From positions 1-39,463 of the IMG/VR virus record IMGVR_UViG_3300027566_000015: a stretch of 39,463 bases of DNA, one strand, 5' to 3'. The translations under genes and the position numbers were made by a program. Positions 27,204-37,911 of the stretch are shown in pieces (the stretch's first letter is position 1; every line of letters begins with the position of its first letter). The notes below the pieces were generated by a model. That model worked only from the letters and a program-made list of their open reading frames with translations. It did no database searches and was not told the origin of the DNA. Source of the DNA: a virus (lineage: Duplodnaviria; Caudoviricetes).

Positions 27204-28454
27204 TTGGTAGAAGATATTTATAAGGGTTATGGTCAATATGGTAATAATGGTCAAGGTGGTACTCAAGTTGATTTAAATAATCCTGATGTTGTTGAGAGTG
27301 AAATACAACGTGCTCAAGCTGTTATTGCTAATCGTTTAGCTTCTGGTATGGATACAGTTAATCAAGAAGCTTATTTAAATAAACTTAATGCTTCACGTAA
27401 TGAATATATGAAGTCTTCTAATTATGTTTCTTCACTTGCTGATAAGAGTGCTGAAGGGTATTTTACAAATCAAAAAGGAATGCTTGAATCAGCAAAAGCA
27501 TCAGGAATAGCAGAATTAGAAAAAGTTTATGCTGATGCAGTTAATGATGGACGTATTTCTGTTAGAGAAGCAGAGACTCAATTTGAAAATGCTAAAGCTG
27601 AGATTGAACAATTAGCACTTCAAGACCAAGAATATACTAGACTTACAGCACAAAATAGAGGAATACAAAACTCTCAACAGATGATTGGTTTAATACAGGG
27701 TGATAATGCAAGGAAAAATAAACTTATTAATTCTTCTATGTCTGAAAGAGATTTACGTATTAATAATATTAAAGATAGAATTAATTCTGTTATGCAAAAG
27801 AAAAATTTAGATATTGTTAATCTTAATAGTCAATATGATGCAGGGTTAATACAAGCACGTGGTCAAGCTGATATGATTAAAGCTGAAGCAATGCAAAACT
27901 TAGCTTTGAAGAATTGGGAAATGTCTGAAAGTGATAAATATGCTAATAAACAAATGGAAACTCAATTTAATTATAAAATTAAAGAAATGCTTAAATCTCA
28001 TGAGTTGGATTTAGATACTTTAGATGTTCAATTTCAAAATGAGTTAAAGAAAATGGGTATGGAAAATTCATATAGAATGGGTCAAATTGCGGCTCAAGCT
28101 AGAGCTAGTGCAAAATCGGCTCAAGATGATTATGCTTTAAAAATGCAACGTGCTAAAGCTTCAATTACTCCTGGTACTCCTGAGTATGAAGTTGCAATTG
28201 GTCAAGCTAAAATGGAACGTGATTTAAAAATAAGAGATATATATGATACTACAGTTGCTACTAAACAAGCTGAAGCTGTAATGAATAATCCATATCTTCC
28301 TGAGAATTATGGTGGAGTTATTCCTGAACCTGTTGATGTATCTTATAATTGGGGTGCACTTGGTAATTGGTGGACTGATTATGATGAGAAAAAATCTGGT
28401 CGTGATAAACAAAAAGCGGCAATGGAAGCTAAGGCAAAATTGTTGAATTATTAG
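27204..28454 (+). CDS. Putative ejection/DNA-pilot protein (coiled coil)
   Basis: A/Q/N-rich helical 416 aa preceding the giant protein. Confidence 0.55.
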   Translation: MVEDIYKGYGQYGNNGQGGTQVDLNNPDVVESEIQRAQAVIANRLASGMDTVNQEAYLNKLNASRNEYMKSSNYVSSLADKSAEGYFTNQKGMLESAKASGIAELEKVYADAVNDGRISVREAETQFENAKAEIEQLALQDQEYTRLTAQNRGIQNSQQMIGLIQGDNARKNKLINSSMSERDLRINNIKDRINSVMQKKNLDIVNLNSQYDAGLIQARGQADMIKAEAMQNLALKNWEMSESDKYANKQMETQFNYKIKEMLKSHELDLDTLDVQFQNELKKMGMENSYRMGQIAAQARASAKSAQDDYALKMQRAKASITPGTPEYEVAIGQAKMERDLKIRDIYDTTVATKQAEAVMNNPYLPENYGGVIPEPVDVSYNWGALGNWWTDYDEKKSGRDKQKAAMEAKAKLLNY

Positions 28455-31400
28455 GTGGTGTATAGGTTGAATTTTAAATTTGACCCCGTAGGTGATTTTG
28501 ATAGGCAATATTTCAGTAATAAACTTGTTCCTAATACTTGGATACAAAGTAAAGAAAGAAGAAAACTTATTGAAACGTTGTCTAAAAAAATTACAAGTTA
28601 TAAATATGAAGTAGAGAATGATAGAAGTACTTTATCTAAAGTATTTGATTTTCTATCTATTCCTTTATATACAACTGCTGGATTTGTTAAGGGTCTTACT
28701 GATGGTGCTGATAAGGATTCTGTTAATCCTTTTGAAGGTGCGTGGAGAGGGTTTAAATCAGGTTTTACAGGGGATGAGAAGGGTCGGTATACTTATTCTA
28801 AGGTAATGCAAGGTGTTGGTTGGCAACCTACTTCTATGGGTGGTAAGGTTGCTCAAGGTGTACTTGGTTTTGGACTTGATGTGTTACTTGACCCTCTTAC
28901 TTATCTTTCTGGTGGGACGAGTGCTTTAGTGCGTGGCACAGGGCGTGCTGGCGTTGCTATGACTCATACTAAACCTTTTGTCAAATCAGTAGTAGAAGAG
29001 TATGGGTTGCATCATTTAGATGATTTAGATAATATAGATGCTGATAAACTTGCTGATGAAGTGTATCAAAAAGTGTTCAATGAGTTCTCTGGGCGTGGTT
29101 TATCTGTTGCAAAAGATATTGCTAAGAGTAAGGCTGATGATGTTTATCGTACTTTTGATGCATTTGATAATGGACTTGATATAGATAGAGCAAAAGAGAT
29201 TATTAAAGCTAGAATGGTAAATCGAGGAGTTACTTTAACTGATGATGAAATTCTTTCTGATGCGGAGAAGTTTGTTAGCAAGTTTAACAAAACTATTGGA
29301 CTTAGAGAAACACCTGAATATGGATTAAACTTATCTTTAAAGAATTTACCTTTTATTGGTGAGAAGTATTTTCCTAATGCAAAGCGTTTAGAATTTACTA
29401 CTCCTAAAGGTACTCAAGATTTTGGCGAAGCTACTGTTGCTCCTTATTATGCAAAATTAAGAAATGCTATTTATGGTACTCAGTTTGCCAAGAAGTTTTC
29501 TACGGTGACTCCACTTTATCTAGCATCTAAAGAAGACCCTGGTATTGTTTATGATTTTGTTAAGATGGTAGATATTACTCAAGGTTTAACTGGTGATAAA
29601 TTAGCAAAGGAAAAGATTATTAGAGATTGGGCAGAGAAAAATTTAAAAGGTATTACTCCTGCTGAATCTAAAAAATTAATTGATATATTAGAAGATAAAA
29701 CTATGTGGAGTGAATTAAAGGGAACTATTAAATTACTCGATACTAAAGAAGCAAAAATTATGCGTAATGAATTAGTAAGGCAAAGAGATAATTTTAAAAA
29801 AGAAATAGATGATTTAACTGAAATGCAGGAGTTTTTAAATAACTCTAAATATGGTGTTGATAATGATTTAGTTAAAAGTAATGAAACTATTGATGCGTTA
29901 AGAGAAGAATATCATAATAGACTTCGTAATTTAAATTTTGATGAACCTATTGGTTTAGAAAATTTACAGAAATTAGTTAAAATTTATGAAGTTGAAAAAG
30001 ATGAAATTAATAAAGGTATGATTGATAATATTAAGAAGTTTCATAATGATTATCGTGTTGCTATTGAATCTAAAGGTAAAACTAAGTTACAAAATGTTGT
30101 AAATGAAGATGGAAATATCTCATATAATATAAGTGTTAATAAATATGTTAGAGGTGTTGGATACGTAAAAAGAACACCTGAAGAAATTGCTCAAGAAGTT
30201 GAGAAAATTAAAAGAAGACTTGGTAAGAGTGTCTCTACTAATAAAGGTGAATTTGAAGCGAAGGTTAATCTTTCTGATGCGATAAGTGAATATGTTTATG
30301 GAATTAAAGGTATGATTCATCGTAATTTATTTGCTAGTAAATATGATGAACTTATTGCTATGATTGATAAAGGTATGACTCCTGAACAGATTCGTGATTA
30401 TTTATCGAATGATTTATCTTTTGTTAATCGTCAGGAAATGTATTCTTTTATTGCTAGTAAAATTGGTTATGGTGGTAAAAACAGTGAATTTAAAACTTGG
30501 GATGATTTTTATACTAAACGTTTAAAAGAAATATATGATAAATATGGTGTTGGTACTAATAAAGATATTTTAAGTTTAGATGAAATAATTGCTGGTAAAA
30601 CTTCTGCTAGAAGTAGTGATGATTTTTATAGTAGATTAAGTGAAGAAGATGCACGTGTTTTAGCTGAGATAACTGCGGCTGATTATGAACGTAGGTCTTA
30701 TCTTGCTATGTTTGGAAAGATGAAATCTTATGATGAAGTATTAGAATATATTAATCAAGAAAAATATCATGCTACTACTCCTGGTTTACATGCTGAAGAG
30801 TTAGCTCAGATTGAAGATTTAAAAAGAAGACAAGATGCTTTTGAACAATCTGGCTCAATACTTAGAGGTAGAGTTAATGAGATTGATATAAAAATAGCTG
30901 ATATGAAAAAAGAAATTGAAAGTTTAAAAATAGATGGTGTTCAAAAAACTACTAGAAATTTAGTTGAAAGACCACTTACTAAAAAAGATATTAAAGAACT
31001 TGAAGGTCAAATCAAAGAAATTGAAAAACAATTAGAAGGTATAGTTGATACTAAAATTGCTCAAGCACTAAATAATTCTCTTAAAAAGAAAAGAGAAGCT
31101 TTGGCAAAGGGTACTAAACAAGTAAATAGAGTTGTTAAGGCAGATAGTAAGAAGAAAAGAATTAGTGATTTAACAACTCGTATTGAAACTTTAGAAGCAA
31201 GAAAAAGAGATTTATTAAAAGATAAAGTTTATAATGAAACTCCTGTTAGGGGTTTTCTTCCACATGAACGTAGTGGTGAACTTGAGAATATTTTAAAACA
31301 AAGTAAATATAAAAATAGTAAAACTCAAATATGGGCTGAATCTATTATTAAAGATATGGAAATTTTTTTAGAAGAGTTAGGTAGAAATTGGTCTGATATT

Positions 31401-34400
31401 AGTGTTCCTCAAAGAAAAGCTATTAGGAAACTTGCTAGGTGGAATGTAAGTAGGGTAAATAAAAAACCTAAAGCATTACCACGTATTAGTTGGAGAGAAG
31501 TAGATGAGGTTACTGCTACTTCTGATGAAATGGTTGAAATATTTAAAGGTTGGGATGAGTTTCATAATATAAAATCCAGTAGTGTTGAGCCACAATTTAC
31601 ACAACAAACTGTAAGGCTACATGATTTGATTAATAAAATTGATGATTTACATTTACAAATAAAAGATTATAAATCTAAATTATCTAATATTAATGAAGTT
31701 GATAATATTAGAAAGTTAAAAATTGAAGAATTACAAAAAGAAGCTACTGAACGTTTAGAAGGTGTATTTAAACATGTAGAAGATTTAAGGCTTGCTAAGC
31801 GTGAGTTAATTAATAAGATTGATGATAGTAATGTTGATATTTATGATGTTGGTAGGCAAATTGAACGTTTAGAGAAAATTTTAAATAATGATGATGTATT
31901 TGAAACTTATGTTCGAGCAAATCTTAGTGCAGAAGAGATAGAAGGTGCAATCAATTTTGTTGATGTGACTAAGATTATGCTTGACGCTGATATGACTGTT
32001 GATGATAAAATTAAAGCAATTGCTAAAGACCTTAGAGATAAGTTTACAGAGATTGGTGCATCTGAAGTTGAAGCGGGAGTGTTAAAACAAGAGCAAGTTG
32101 ATAAGTGGATTAATGGGTATGTAACTAGACTTCTTACTGAAGATGGTGCTGAGTTCTTAGGTATTAAAGAATTTGATGATGATGTTCAAGCTGCTTTAAC
32201 TCAAGGTTATGGTTATGGTAAGATTAGAAATCAATTTGCTCATTCTCGAGTTAAAGAATTTGATGGATACACTATTAATCAAATCAATAAAGAAATGTCT
32301 AAAAAATTAGGTGGTAAGAATTTATTTTCTGATAGCATATTTGATATTTATCAAACACGTGCTTTACAGAATTTAGAAGTACTTTATGATACTCATTATA
32401 CACAAGAAATGATGAATATATTTGGTACAGAAGTAAAGCGTGATACAGTTATTAAAGATGGTTTTGGTTCAGTTATTAGTTTACCTAAAATTAAAGATAG
32501 TGCTGTTGATATGGCTAAATTAAATATTTCTTTAGATATGAGTAATGAGATTAGTCATGTTGTTAGGGTATTTTTACGCGATAATTCTGTTGATTTAAAT
32601 AGAACTATTGAACAAAACTTAAATGCTATGGGTATTACTTCTGGTAAAGAATATTTTATAGAATATAATAGACAATTTAATCAAGCTATTTCTGAACACA
32701 TAGATGCTATGGTTGCTATTCAATTTGATGAAGTAAGTATGAAAAATTTATTTGAGCGTAATTTTAATGAATATTTAGAAAAGTCTACACTTGGCGTTAA
32801 TTCTATTGATAGTATGTCTACTCCAATGTTTGAGTTAAGTAAAGATAATATTAATGGAATATTTAATTATTATGATAGTGCTATTAATATTTTTCAACAT
32901 AAAATTAGAAATAATATTTTTAAGTTTGAAAGAGGTAGATTAGAAGCTAAGATTAAATATTTTGAAAACCTTCAAAATAGACAAAAATTAACTAAAAAAC
33001 AAGTTAATTATTTATATGATGTATTATATGATGAATATGCACTTAAATATGTTGATGAATTAGATGGTAAAGGTAATACTGTACCTAATTCTTCTAAACG
33101 TTTATTAGAACTTCATGATTTAAGTATGGCTGAAGTTAGAGAAACAATTAATAGATTGAAAGGTAATGCTTATGATTTTGAAGTTAAACGTCTTGATAGT
33201 TTAATAGGTGCTATTGAAAAAATTGATAAATTAGAACCTCCACAAATTAGAGAGGTTCATCAATCCTTAATTAATAAAGCAAATCAGACACGTAAATTAC
33301 AAATGCTCAAAGACCATAATCGTTTAGTTCAAATTTATGATAAGTTTTTACATTTTGTTAAATTAAATCAAACTGTTGTAATGCCATCTTTTCATATGCG
33401 TAATAAGTTTTCAAATATGTTTAATAATTGGTTAGGTATTGGACAAGATGCTTTAAATGTAAAAAACCAAATTGATGCGTTAAAAGTAGTTAGAAGTAAG
33501 GGCCAAAGTGATAAAGTTATTGAAGGTTTAAATTCTACTTGGGGAGAGATTTATAATTTAGCACTTGCTCATGGAGTAATTGATACTGGTTATTTTGCTA
33601 AAGATTTTGGTGCTCATACTAAGGTACAAGGTAAGTTGAGAAGATGGGTTAAAGCAAAGTATGACCCTACTGATACTAAAAACTTCTTTGCTTATAAAGT
33701 TGGTACTGAAGTTGGTGGTACTGTTGAAAATAGTGATAAGTTAATTCACTTTATGAGTAGGTTAAAAGCAGGAGATAAACCTTGGCAAGCAGCAGAAAGT
33801 GTTGAAAAGTATTTATTTGATTATAGTAATTTAACTGATTTTGAACAAAATGTAATGAAACGGATTTTTCCTTATTATACTTGGTTAAAGAAGAATGGTG
33901 CTTTACAAGTTGAATCATTACTTGAAAAACCTTTTAAATATGCTATGGTAGCTAAGGTTACTCACGCAATTGAAAATAGTAATGATGAAAAGACCAAAAT
34001 GGATAGTCAATATGTTGATAGGTTTGCTCAGGATTGGATACAACTTCCCTTTACTGTTAAGAATCCTAGAGGGATTACAGAACGAGTTATGCTTAATCCT
34101 AACCTTCCTTATATGGATTTGTCACGTATACCAAGAGTAACTAGTCCTATTAAAAGTATTGAGGATTTAGTTTCACAGACTGCTTTACCAATTAAAGCGG
34201 CTATTGAACTTCCTTTAAATCGCAATACAAAGTTTGAACAACCTATCTTTAAAGAGGATGAAGGTTTAGCTTCAACTGGTGGTACACTTGCAAATTATCT
34301 TTTATCTAATTTTGCAGAGTATAATGTAGGTAAAGATATGGTGCAAAAAGAAGATTTAGATTTTGGTCTTCAGATGCTTAATAATATGTCTGGTGTTAAG

Positions 34401-35285
34401 TTGTTATCGTATGATTATGAAACTTATAAGTCTATGAAGATGAAAAATAAAATAGCAAATAATTATCTCACATCAGAAGAAATGGATAATAAGTTTAAAA
34501 AGTTCTTTACTGATATGGGTGGTTCTCTTGTATCAGGGTTTAAAGGTCAAGTGTCAAGGGCAGTTGATGATGTTCTTGCTGATAGACCTGATGCATTTAA
34601 GTATGAAGGTGCAATGAGACCAATTAGTAAGAAGACTTATGAGGGGCTTTCAGAGGAAGAAAGAAAAGCATATATTCCCCCTACACTTGATGAAGCAATT
34701 GTTTATAATAAGATGGCTAAATCATTAGAGGATATGCAGTATAAAGAATCTGGAGTAATGAAGCGATTTTCTTGGTTCTTAGCGGATAAACTTGATTTTG
34801 GTGATAAACCAACTATCGGTAAAGTTACAAAGGTTATTGATGGTGATACTTTTGAAGTGGATATAAATGGTGAGAAGAAGAAAGTTAGATTACTCCTTGT
34901 TGATACACCTGAGAGTGTAGGTAAGGATAAACTTAGGGATTATGAAGAAAAACCAATGCCTTATGGTAAAGAAGCAAGCACTTATAGTAAAAAAGCTTTA
35001 TTTGGTAAGGATGTTAAATTAATTTTTGATGGGCCGAAAGAAGATGCTACTGATAGTAAACGAATGCTTGCTTATGTTAGTGTAGATGGTGAGGATTATA
35101 ATGAAAAACTATTAAAAGAAGGTTTAGCTCAAGTTCGTTATTTATTTGAACCTTACTATAAAAATAAATCTAAATATTATCAAACAGAGGGAGAAGCGTA
35201 CAATCAGAAGAAAGGAATTTGGAGCAAAGAGGGTTATGTTATTCCTGGGGATGATACTGGTTACAATGAATTGAAAGGGTGGTAA
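28455..35285 (+). CDS. Giant virion/ejection-type protein with C-terminal thermonuclease (SNase) domain
   Basis: 2276 aa; DVLLDPLTYL, FHMRN, LFDYSNLT..E..MKRIFPYYTW motifs; final ~140 aa carry VIDGDT, VRLLLVDTPE, RMLAYV, EGLA, KKGIWS. True start probably TTG 28467. Confidence 0.85.
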   Translation: MVYRLNFKFDPVGDFDRQYFSNKLVPNTWIQSKERRKLIETLSKKITSYKYEVENDRSTLSKVFDFLSIPLYTTAGFVKGLTDGADKDSVNPFEGAWRGFKSGFTGDEKGRYTYSKVMQGVGWQPTSMGGKVAQGVLGFGLDVLLDPLTYLSGGTSALVRGTGRAGVAMTHTKPFVKSVVEEYGLHHLDDLDNIDADKLADEVYQKVFNEFSGRGLSVAKDIAKSKADDVYRTFDAFDNGLDIDRAKEIIKARMVNRGVTLTDDEILSDAEKFVSKFNKTIGLRETPEYGLNLSLKNLPFIGEKYFPNAKRLEFTTPKGTQDFGEATVAPYYAKLRNAIYGTQFAKKFSTVTPLYLASKEDPGIVYDFVKMVDITQGLTGDKLAKEKIIRDWAEKNLKGITPAESKKLIDILEDKTMWSELKGTIKLLDTKEAKIMRNELVRQRDNFKKEIDDLTEMQEFLNNSKYGVDNDLVKSNETIDALREEYHNRLRNLNFDEPIGLENLQKLVKIYEVEKDEINKGMIDNIKKFHNDYRVAIESKGKTKLQNVVNEDGNISYNISVNKYVRGVGYVKRTPEEIAQEVEKIKRRLGKSVSTNKGEFEAKVNLSDAISEYVYGIKGMIHRNLFASKYDELIAMIDKGMTPEQIRDYLSNDLSFVNRQEMYSFIASKIGYGGKNSEFKTWDDFYTKRLKEIYDKYGVGTNKDILSLDEIIAGKTSARSSDDFYSRLSEEDARVLAEITAADYERRSYLAMFGKMKSYDEVLEYINQEKYHATTPGLHAEELAQIEDLKRRQDAFEQSGSILRGRVNEIDIKIADMKKEIESLKIDGVQKTTRNLVERPLTKKDIKELEGQIKEIEKQLEGIVDTKIAQALNNSLKKKREALAKGTKQVNRVVKADSKKKRISDLTTRIETLEARKRDLLKDKVYNETPVRGFLPHERSGELENILKQSKYKNSKTQIWAESIIKDMEIFLEELGRNWSDISVPQRKAIRKLARWNVSRVNKKPKALPRISWREVDEVTATSDEMVEIFKGWDEFHNIKSSSVEPQFTQQTVRLHDLINKIDDLHLQIKDYKSKLSNINEVDNIRKLKIEELQKEATERLEGVFKHVEDLRLAKRELINKIDDSNVDIYDVGRQIERLEKILNNDDVFETYVRANLSAEEIEGAINFVDVTKIMLDADMTVDDKIKAIAKDLRDKFTEIGASEVEAGVLKQEQVDKWINGYVTRLLTEDGAEFLGIKEFDDDVQAALTQGYGYGKIRNQFAHSRVKEFDGYTINQINKEMSKKLGGKNLFSDSIFDIYQTRALQNLEVLYDTHYTQEMMNIFGTEVKRDTVIKDGFGSVISLPKIKDSAVDMAKLNISLDMSNEISHVVRVFLRDNSVDLNRTIEQNLNAMGITSGKEYFIEYNRQFNQAISEHIDAMVAIQFDEVSMKNLFERNFNEYLEKSTLGVNSIDSMSTPMFELSKDNINGIFNYYDSAINIFQHKIRNNIFKFERGRLEAKIKYFENLQNRQKLTKKQVNYLYDVLYDEYALKYVDELDGKGNTVPNSSKRLLELHDLSMAEVRETINRLKGNAYDFEVKRLDSLIGAIEKIDKLEPPQIREVHQSLINKANQTRKLQMLKDHNRLVQIYDKFLHFVKLNQTVVMPSFHMRNKFSNMFNNWLGIGQDALNVKNQIDALKVVRSKGQSDKVIEGLNSTWGEIYNLALAHGVIDTGYFAKDFGAHTKVQGKLRRWVKAKYDPTDTKNFFAYKVGTEVGGTVENSDKLIHFMSRLKAGDKPWQAAESVEKYLFDYSNLTDFEQNVMKRIFPYYTWLKKNGALQVESLLEKPFKYAMVAKVTHAIENSNDEKTKMDSQYVDRFAQDWIQLPFTVKNPRGITERVMLNPNLPYMDLSRIPRVTSPIKSIEDLVSQTALPIKAAIELPLNRNTKFEQPIFKEDEGLASTGGTLANYLLSNFAEYNVGKDMVQKEDLDFGLQMLNNMSGVKLLSYDYETYKSMKMKNKIANNYLTSEEMDNKFKKFFTDMGGSLVSGFKGQVSRAVDDVLADRPDAFKYEGAMRPISKKTYEGLSEEERKAYIPPTLDEAIVYNKMAKSLEDMQYKESGVMKRFSWFLADKLDFGDKPTIGKVTKVIDGDTFEVDINGEKKKVRLLLVDTPESVGKDKLRDYEEKPMPYGKEASTYSKKALFGKDVKLIFDGPKEDATDSKRMLAYVSVDGEDYNEKLLKEGLAQVRYLFEPYYKNKSKYYQTEGEAYNQKKGIWSKEGYVIPGDDTGYNELKGW

Positions 35286-35494
35286 TGATGGAAGATATTG
35301 TAGGGAAGTTGATTGAAACTACATTAGTAGGTGGGGCTTTTATATATTTGTTAAACTTTATGGTTAATAACATTAATGAAATGATGAATAAGTTAGGAGA
35401 GTGTTTGCAGAAGGTTTCTGATACGCTACAAAAGATTGATTTGCGTATGGAACATATTGAAAACAGAATTACAGAGTTAGAAAGGAGGGATTAA
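35279..35494 (+). CDS. Small membrane protein with coiled coil (BhlA/UviB/YvrJ-like, holin-associated)
   Basis: One TM segment followed by a heptad tail; adjacent to the holin. Confidence 0.6.
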   Translation: MVMMEDIVGKLIETTLVGGAFIYLLNFMVNNINEMMNKLGECLQKVSDTLQKIDLRMEHIENRITELERRD

Positions 35495-35497
35495 TGA

Positions 35498-35692
35498 GTG
35501 GGTACTTTTAATAAAACAGTTATCATACCAATTATTTCTGTGATTTGCATAGCTATTAAATTGGTACTTGGTGTTGAGATTAATGAAGATATACAAACTC
35601 AAATTACTGATATTATTTTTAATACTTTCTTACTTGGTACTATACTTTATGGTATCTTTAAGAATCATAAAGATGAATTAAATAAGGAATAA
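35498..35692 (+). CDS. Probable holin (2 TM)
   Basis: Two hydrophobic segments and a charged tail; last gene of the late arm. Confidence 0.65.
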   Translation: MGTFNKTVIIPIISVICIAIKLVLGVEINEDIQTQITDIIFNTFLLGTILYGIFKNHKDELNKE

Positions 35693-35700
35693 TAAATAAG

Positions 35701-35735
35701 AAGACCCCCTCAAAACAAGAGGGGGTCTTTTTTTT
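35701..35735. terminator. Terminator at the convergence of the two arms (likely bidirectional)
   Basis: aagaccccctc-aaaacaa-gagggggtctt followed by a T run; A-rich upstream side. Confidence 0.88.
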
Positions 35736-35964
35736 ACTTTTTACATATGAATTCATTATCATGTGCTAACATATTAATACTATCTTTAGACAATTCTAAT
35801 AAACCCATTGCTTCAACATATGTGTAGCAATCATAAATAGTGAAGGTAGAACCATTTTTAAGAGATATAGTCACAATAAATTGGTCAATATTTTCAGAAT
35901 TTGTTTTTAACCACTTTATTAGATTGTGTATTTTTTTTGGTATAAACTTTATTATATTTGACAT
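35734..35964 (-). CDS. Hypothetical protein
   Basis: AAGGAG SD with ATG start. Confidence 0.7.
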   Translation of the reverse strand: MSNIIKFIPKKIHNLIKWLKTNSENIDQFIVTISLKNGSTFTIYDCYTYVEAMGLLELSKDSINMLAHDNEFICKK

Positions 35965-35975
35965 GTTGACTCCTT

Positions 35976-36434
35976 TTAATTTGTCATTTGTAAAGCTTTA
36001 ATTCTATCTTTTTTAGATTGTGGTGTTATGCATAATTCTAAGCGTGGGTATTCTTTATCATATTCTACACTTTGTATTCTAGGCATTACATAATAATCGT
36101 TTGTATAGATAATTGGTTGCATCACATCAAGAAGAAGTTTAATCATATTGTGTGAGTCTCTAATCCTTCTATCTGGCATGTAGAACACTATGTCTATATA
36201 GAACCAAGTGTTATCTTCTTGTTTAACCCATCGTTGGTCATCTATTGCTTGATTGATTAGTGCTTTTGCAATTCGTATATAGTTTTGTGAAGCCTTAGAT
36301 AAACGCTTACCACCATTTCTATTATTAATATACATTGAGTTAACACTTGGAGGTAAGGGTAGTGTTAGTTTCAGTTTTTTTGAAGGAAATCTAGGGTTGC
36401 AACGGCTCAAATCTTCCTTCAAATCTTCTGTCAA
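35976..36434 (-). CDS. rusA: RusA-family Holliday junction resolvase
   Basis: LPLPPSVNSMY, PDRRIRDSHNMIKLLLD, YTNDYY, PRLEL. Confidence 0.88.
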   Translation of the reverse strand: MTEDLKEDLSRCNPRFPSKKLKLTLPLPPSVNSMYINNRNGGKRLSKASQNYIRIAKALINQAIDDQRWVKQEDNTWFYIDIVFYMPDRRIRDSHNMIKLLLDVMQPIIYTNDYYVMPRIQSVEYDKEYPRLELCITPQSKKDRIKALQMTN

Positions 36435-36453
36435 AAGTACCCTCCCTATTTAC

Positions 36454-36591
36454 TTATTCTATACATTGCATTAAGCAATTTGGAAAAAAACTTAATCCTC
36501 TTAATAATCCATTTTTACAACAACCGTAATAATGATTATCCCCATTATCATATGGTTGTAGTACGTAATATTTACATATTTTTTTATCCAT
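36454..36591 (-). CDS. Small Cys-rich protein
   Basis: MDKKICKYY...GCCKNG...NCLMQCIE; ATG directly after the dut stop. Confidence 0.5.
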   Translation of the reverse strand: MDKKICKYYVLQPYDNGDNHYYGCCKNGLLRGLSFFPNCLMQCIE

Positions 36592-36592
36592 A

Positions 36593-37114
36593 TTATTTAC
36601 CTGTACTTCCCATTCCACCAGTGCGTTTTTTATCTGATGTGTAATCAGCAAGTAGGTATTTCATAAAGATACCTTGACAAATACGTTCATCTTTACGCAT
36701 TGTAACAGTTTTACCAGTAGGATTAAATAGTGCTATACCAATATTTCCATCGTTATCTGGATTACTGTAATAAGAGGAATCAATGATACCAGTAATATTT
36801 GATAACATTAATCCATGTTTAATTCCTACAGAAGAACGTAGATGAATTACTAAATATTCATCCTCTAACATGTATGCTTTCACATCAGAATAAATGATTG
36901 TTTTAGCTCCAGGGATTAAAGTTAAATCTGTAGGAAGATAGAAATCATAACCAGCACTTCCTATGGTACTTTGTTCTGGTAGTTTAAGATTGTCAGTAAC
37001 ATAAAAGAATTTACCATTAGGTAGATTTATTTTTTTATCAAACTCTACTGTAGGTGTATCTTTTTTATTTTTTCTGAACTCATCTTTAACAAATTCAAAT
37101 CCTCTAATTTTCAT
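36593..37114 (-). CDS. dut: Trimeric dUTPase
   Basis: All five motifs: SAGYD, RSS, GIIDSSY, RICQ, RTGGMGSTG. Confidence 0.96.
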   Translation of the reverse strand: MKIRGFEFVKDEFRKNKKDTPTVEFDKKINLPNGKFFYVTDNLKLPEQSTIGSAGYDFYLPTDLTLIPGAKTIIYSDVKAYMLEDEYLVIHLRSSVGIKHGLMLSNITGIIDSSYYSNPDNDGNIGIALFNPTGKTVTMRKDERICQGIFMKYLLADYTSDKKRTGGMGSTGK

Positions 37115-37141
37115 TATTTAACTCCTATCTTTATATTTGAA

Positions 37142-37429
37142 TCAAAATGGTGCATTTGGGTTAAATGCTGTAGTTATTAATGTATCATATAAATTACAGC
37201 AACATTTTTTACTTTCTCTAAACTCCTTACATGGACAAATATTATCTTCAATTCTATCAGGTTTACAAGGGCAGTATCCATCTGTAATTTTTAAACGTGC
37301 TCTAATCTTTTTAATAAGTTTTTTATCAGGATTTAAGAATTGAGTATAGTTTTCTTTTTTTAAATTTTCTGATTTTGAATAGACTTTAAGGAATTCTTCA
37401 AAATCAATATTTTCTACAGGTGATATCAT
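37142..37429 (-). CDS. Ferredoxin:thioredoxin reductase catalytic-subunit-like protein, copy 2
   Basis: LNPD, GYCPC, ICPCKEF, CCCNLY match the CPC/CPC/CxC pattern. Confidence 0.8.
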   Translation of the reverse strand: MISPVENIDFEEFLKVYSKSENLKKENYTQFLNPDKKLIKKIRARLKITDGYCPCKPDRIEDNICPCKEFRESKKCCCNLYDTLITTAFNPNAPF

Positions 37430-37478
37430 ATGTTATATTAATCTCCTTTTTAACAAATTCAAATTCTCTAATTTTCAT
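37404..37478 (-). pseudogene. 5' fragment of dut left by a tandem duplication
   Basis: 37449-37478 is 29/30 identical to the dut 5' end (MKIREFEFVK vs MKIRGFEFVK); GGAGGT SD retained. Confidence 0.7.
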
Positions 37479-37725
37479 CTTTAACCTCCACATATAATTC
37501 ACAACAGCATTCTTTATTTTCTCTAAATTTTTTACATGGACAGATGGTGTCTTCACTTCTATTGATTTGGCAAGGACAGTATCCACCATTGGTTTTCAGA
37601 AAGTTTCTGATTGCATCTACTTTACGTGCATCAGGATTTAATATCACATTCATTATTGGCTCCTTTTTACAAATAAGAAAATTCTCAAAGTATTTTTGAA
37701 ATTCTCTATTGAGAGCTTCTTTCAT
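37468..37725 (-). CDS. Ferredoxin:thioredoxin reductase catalytic-subunit-like protein, copy 1
   Basis: LNPD, GYCPC, ICPCKKF, CCCELY. Confidence 0.8.
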   Translation of the reverse strand: MKEALNREFQKYFENFLICKKEPIMNVILNPDARKVDAIRNFLKTNGGYCPCQINRSEDTICPCKKFRENKECCCELYVEVKDEN

Positions 37726-37895
37726 TACTTCTCCTTGAATATTAATTGGTCAATCCAAAAGAAAATTAAACCGCCAATTAAATTAGCGATAATTGCTTTA
37801 TTAATTGAATTATATGGTAAATATGCTATACATGGGGCAAGGATTATACTACTTGCTTGCCAACGCATTAAATATAGGGTATATTTTTTTATGAT
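37725..37895 (-). CDS. Small membrane protein (RWQxS...ANLIGGLIFFWID type)
   Basis: Two hydrophobic segments; AAGGAGGT SD positioned on ATC 37895. The ORF-track extension to 38015 runs through a hairpin and is probably not real. Confidence 0.6.
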   Translation of the reverse strand: MIKKYTLYLMRWQASSIILAPCIAYLPYNSINKAIIANLIGGLIFFWIDQLIFKEK

Positions 37896-37911
37896 TTGAA
37901 AATACCTCCTT

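Noticed and set aside
28452-28469. Amber readthrough fusing 27204..28454 to the giant protein, or genome-wide stop recoding
   Set aside because: The in-frame GTG is part of the AGGTGGTG SD for TTG 28467; long genes are intact in code 11 and no suppressor tRNA is seen.
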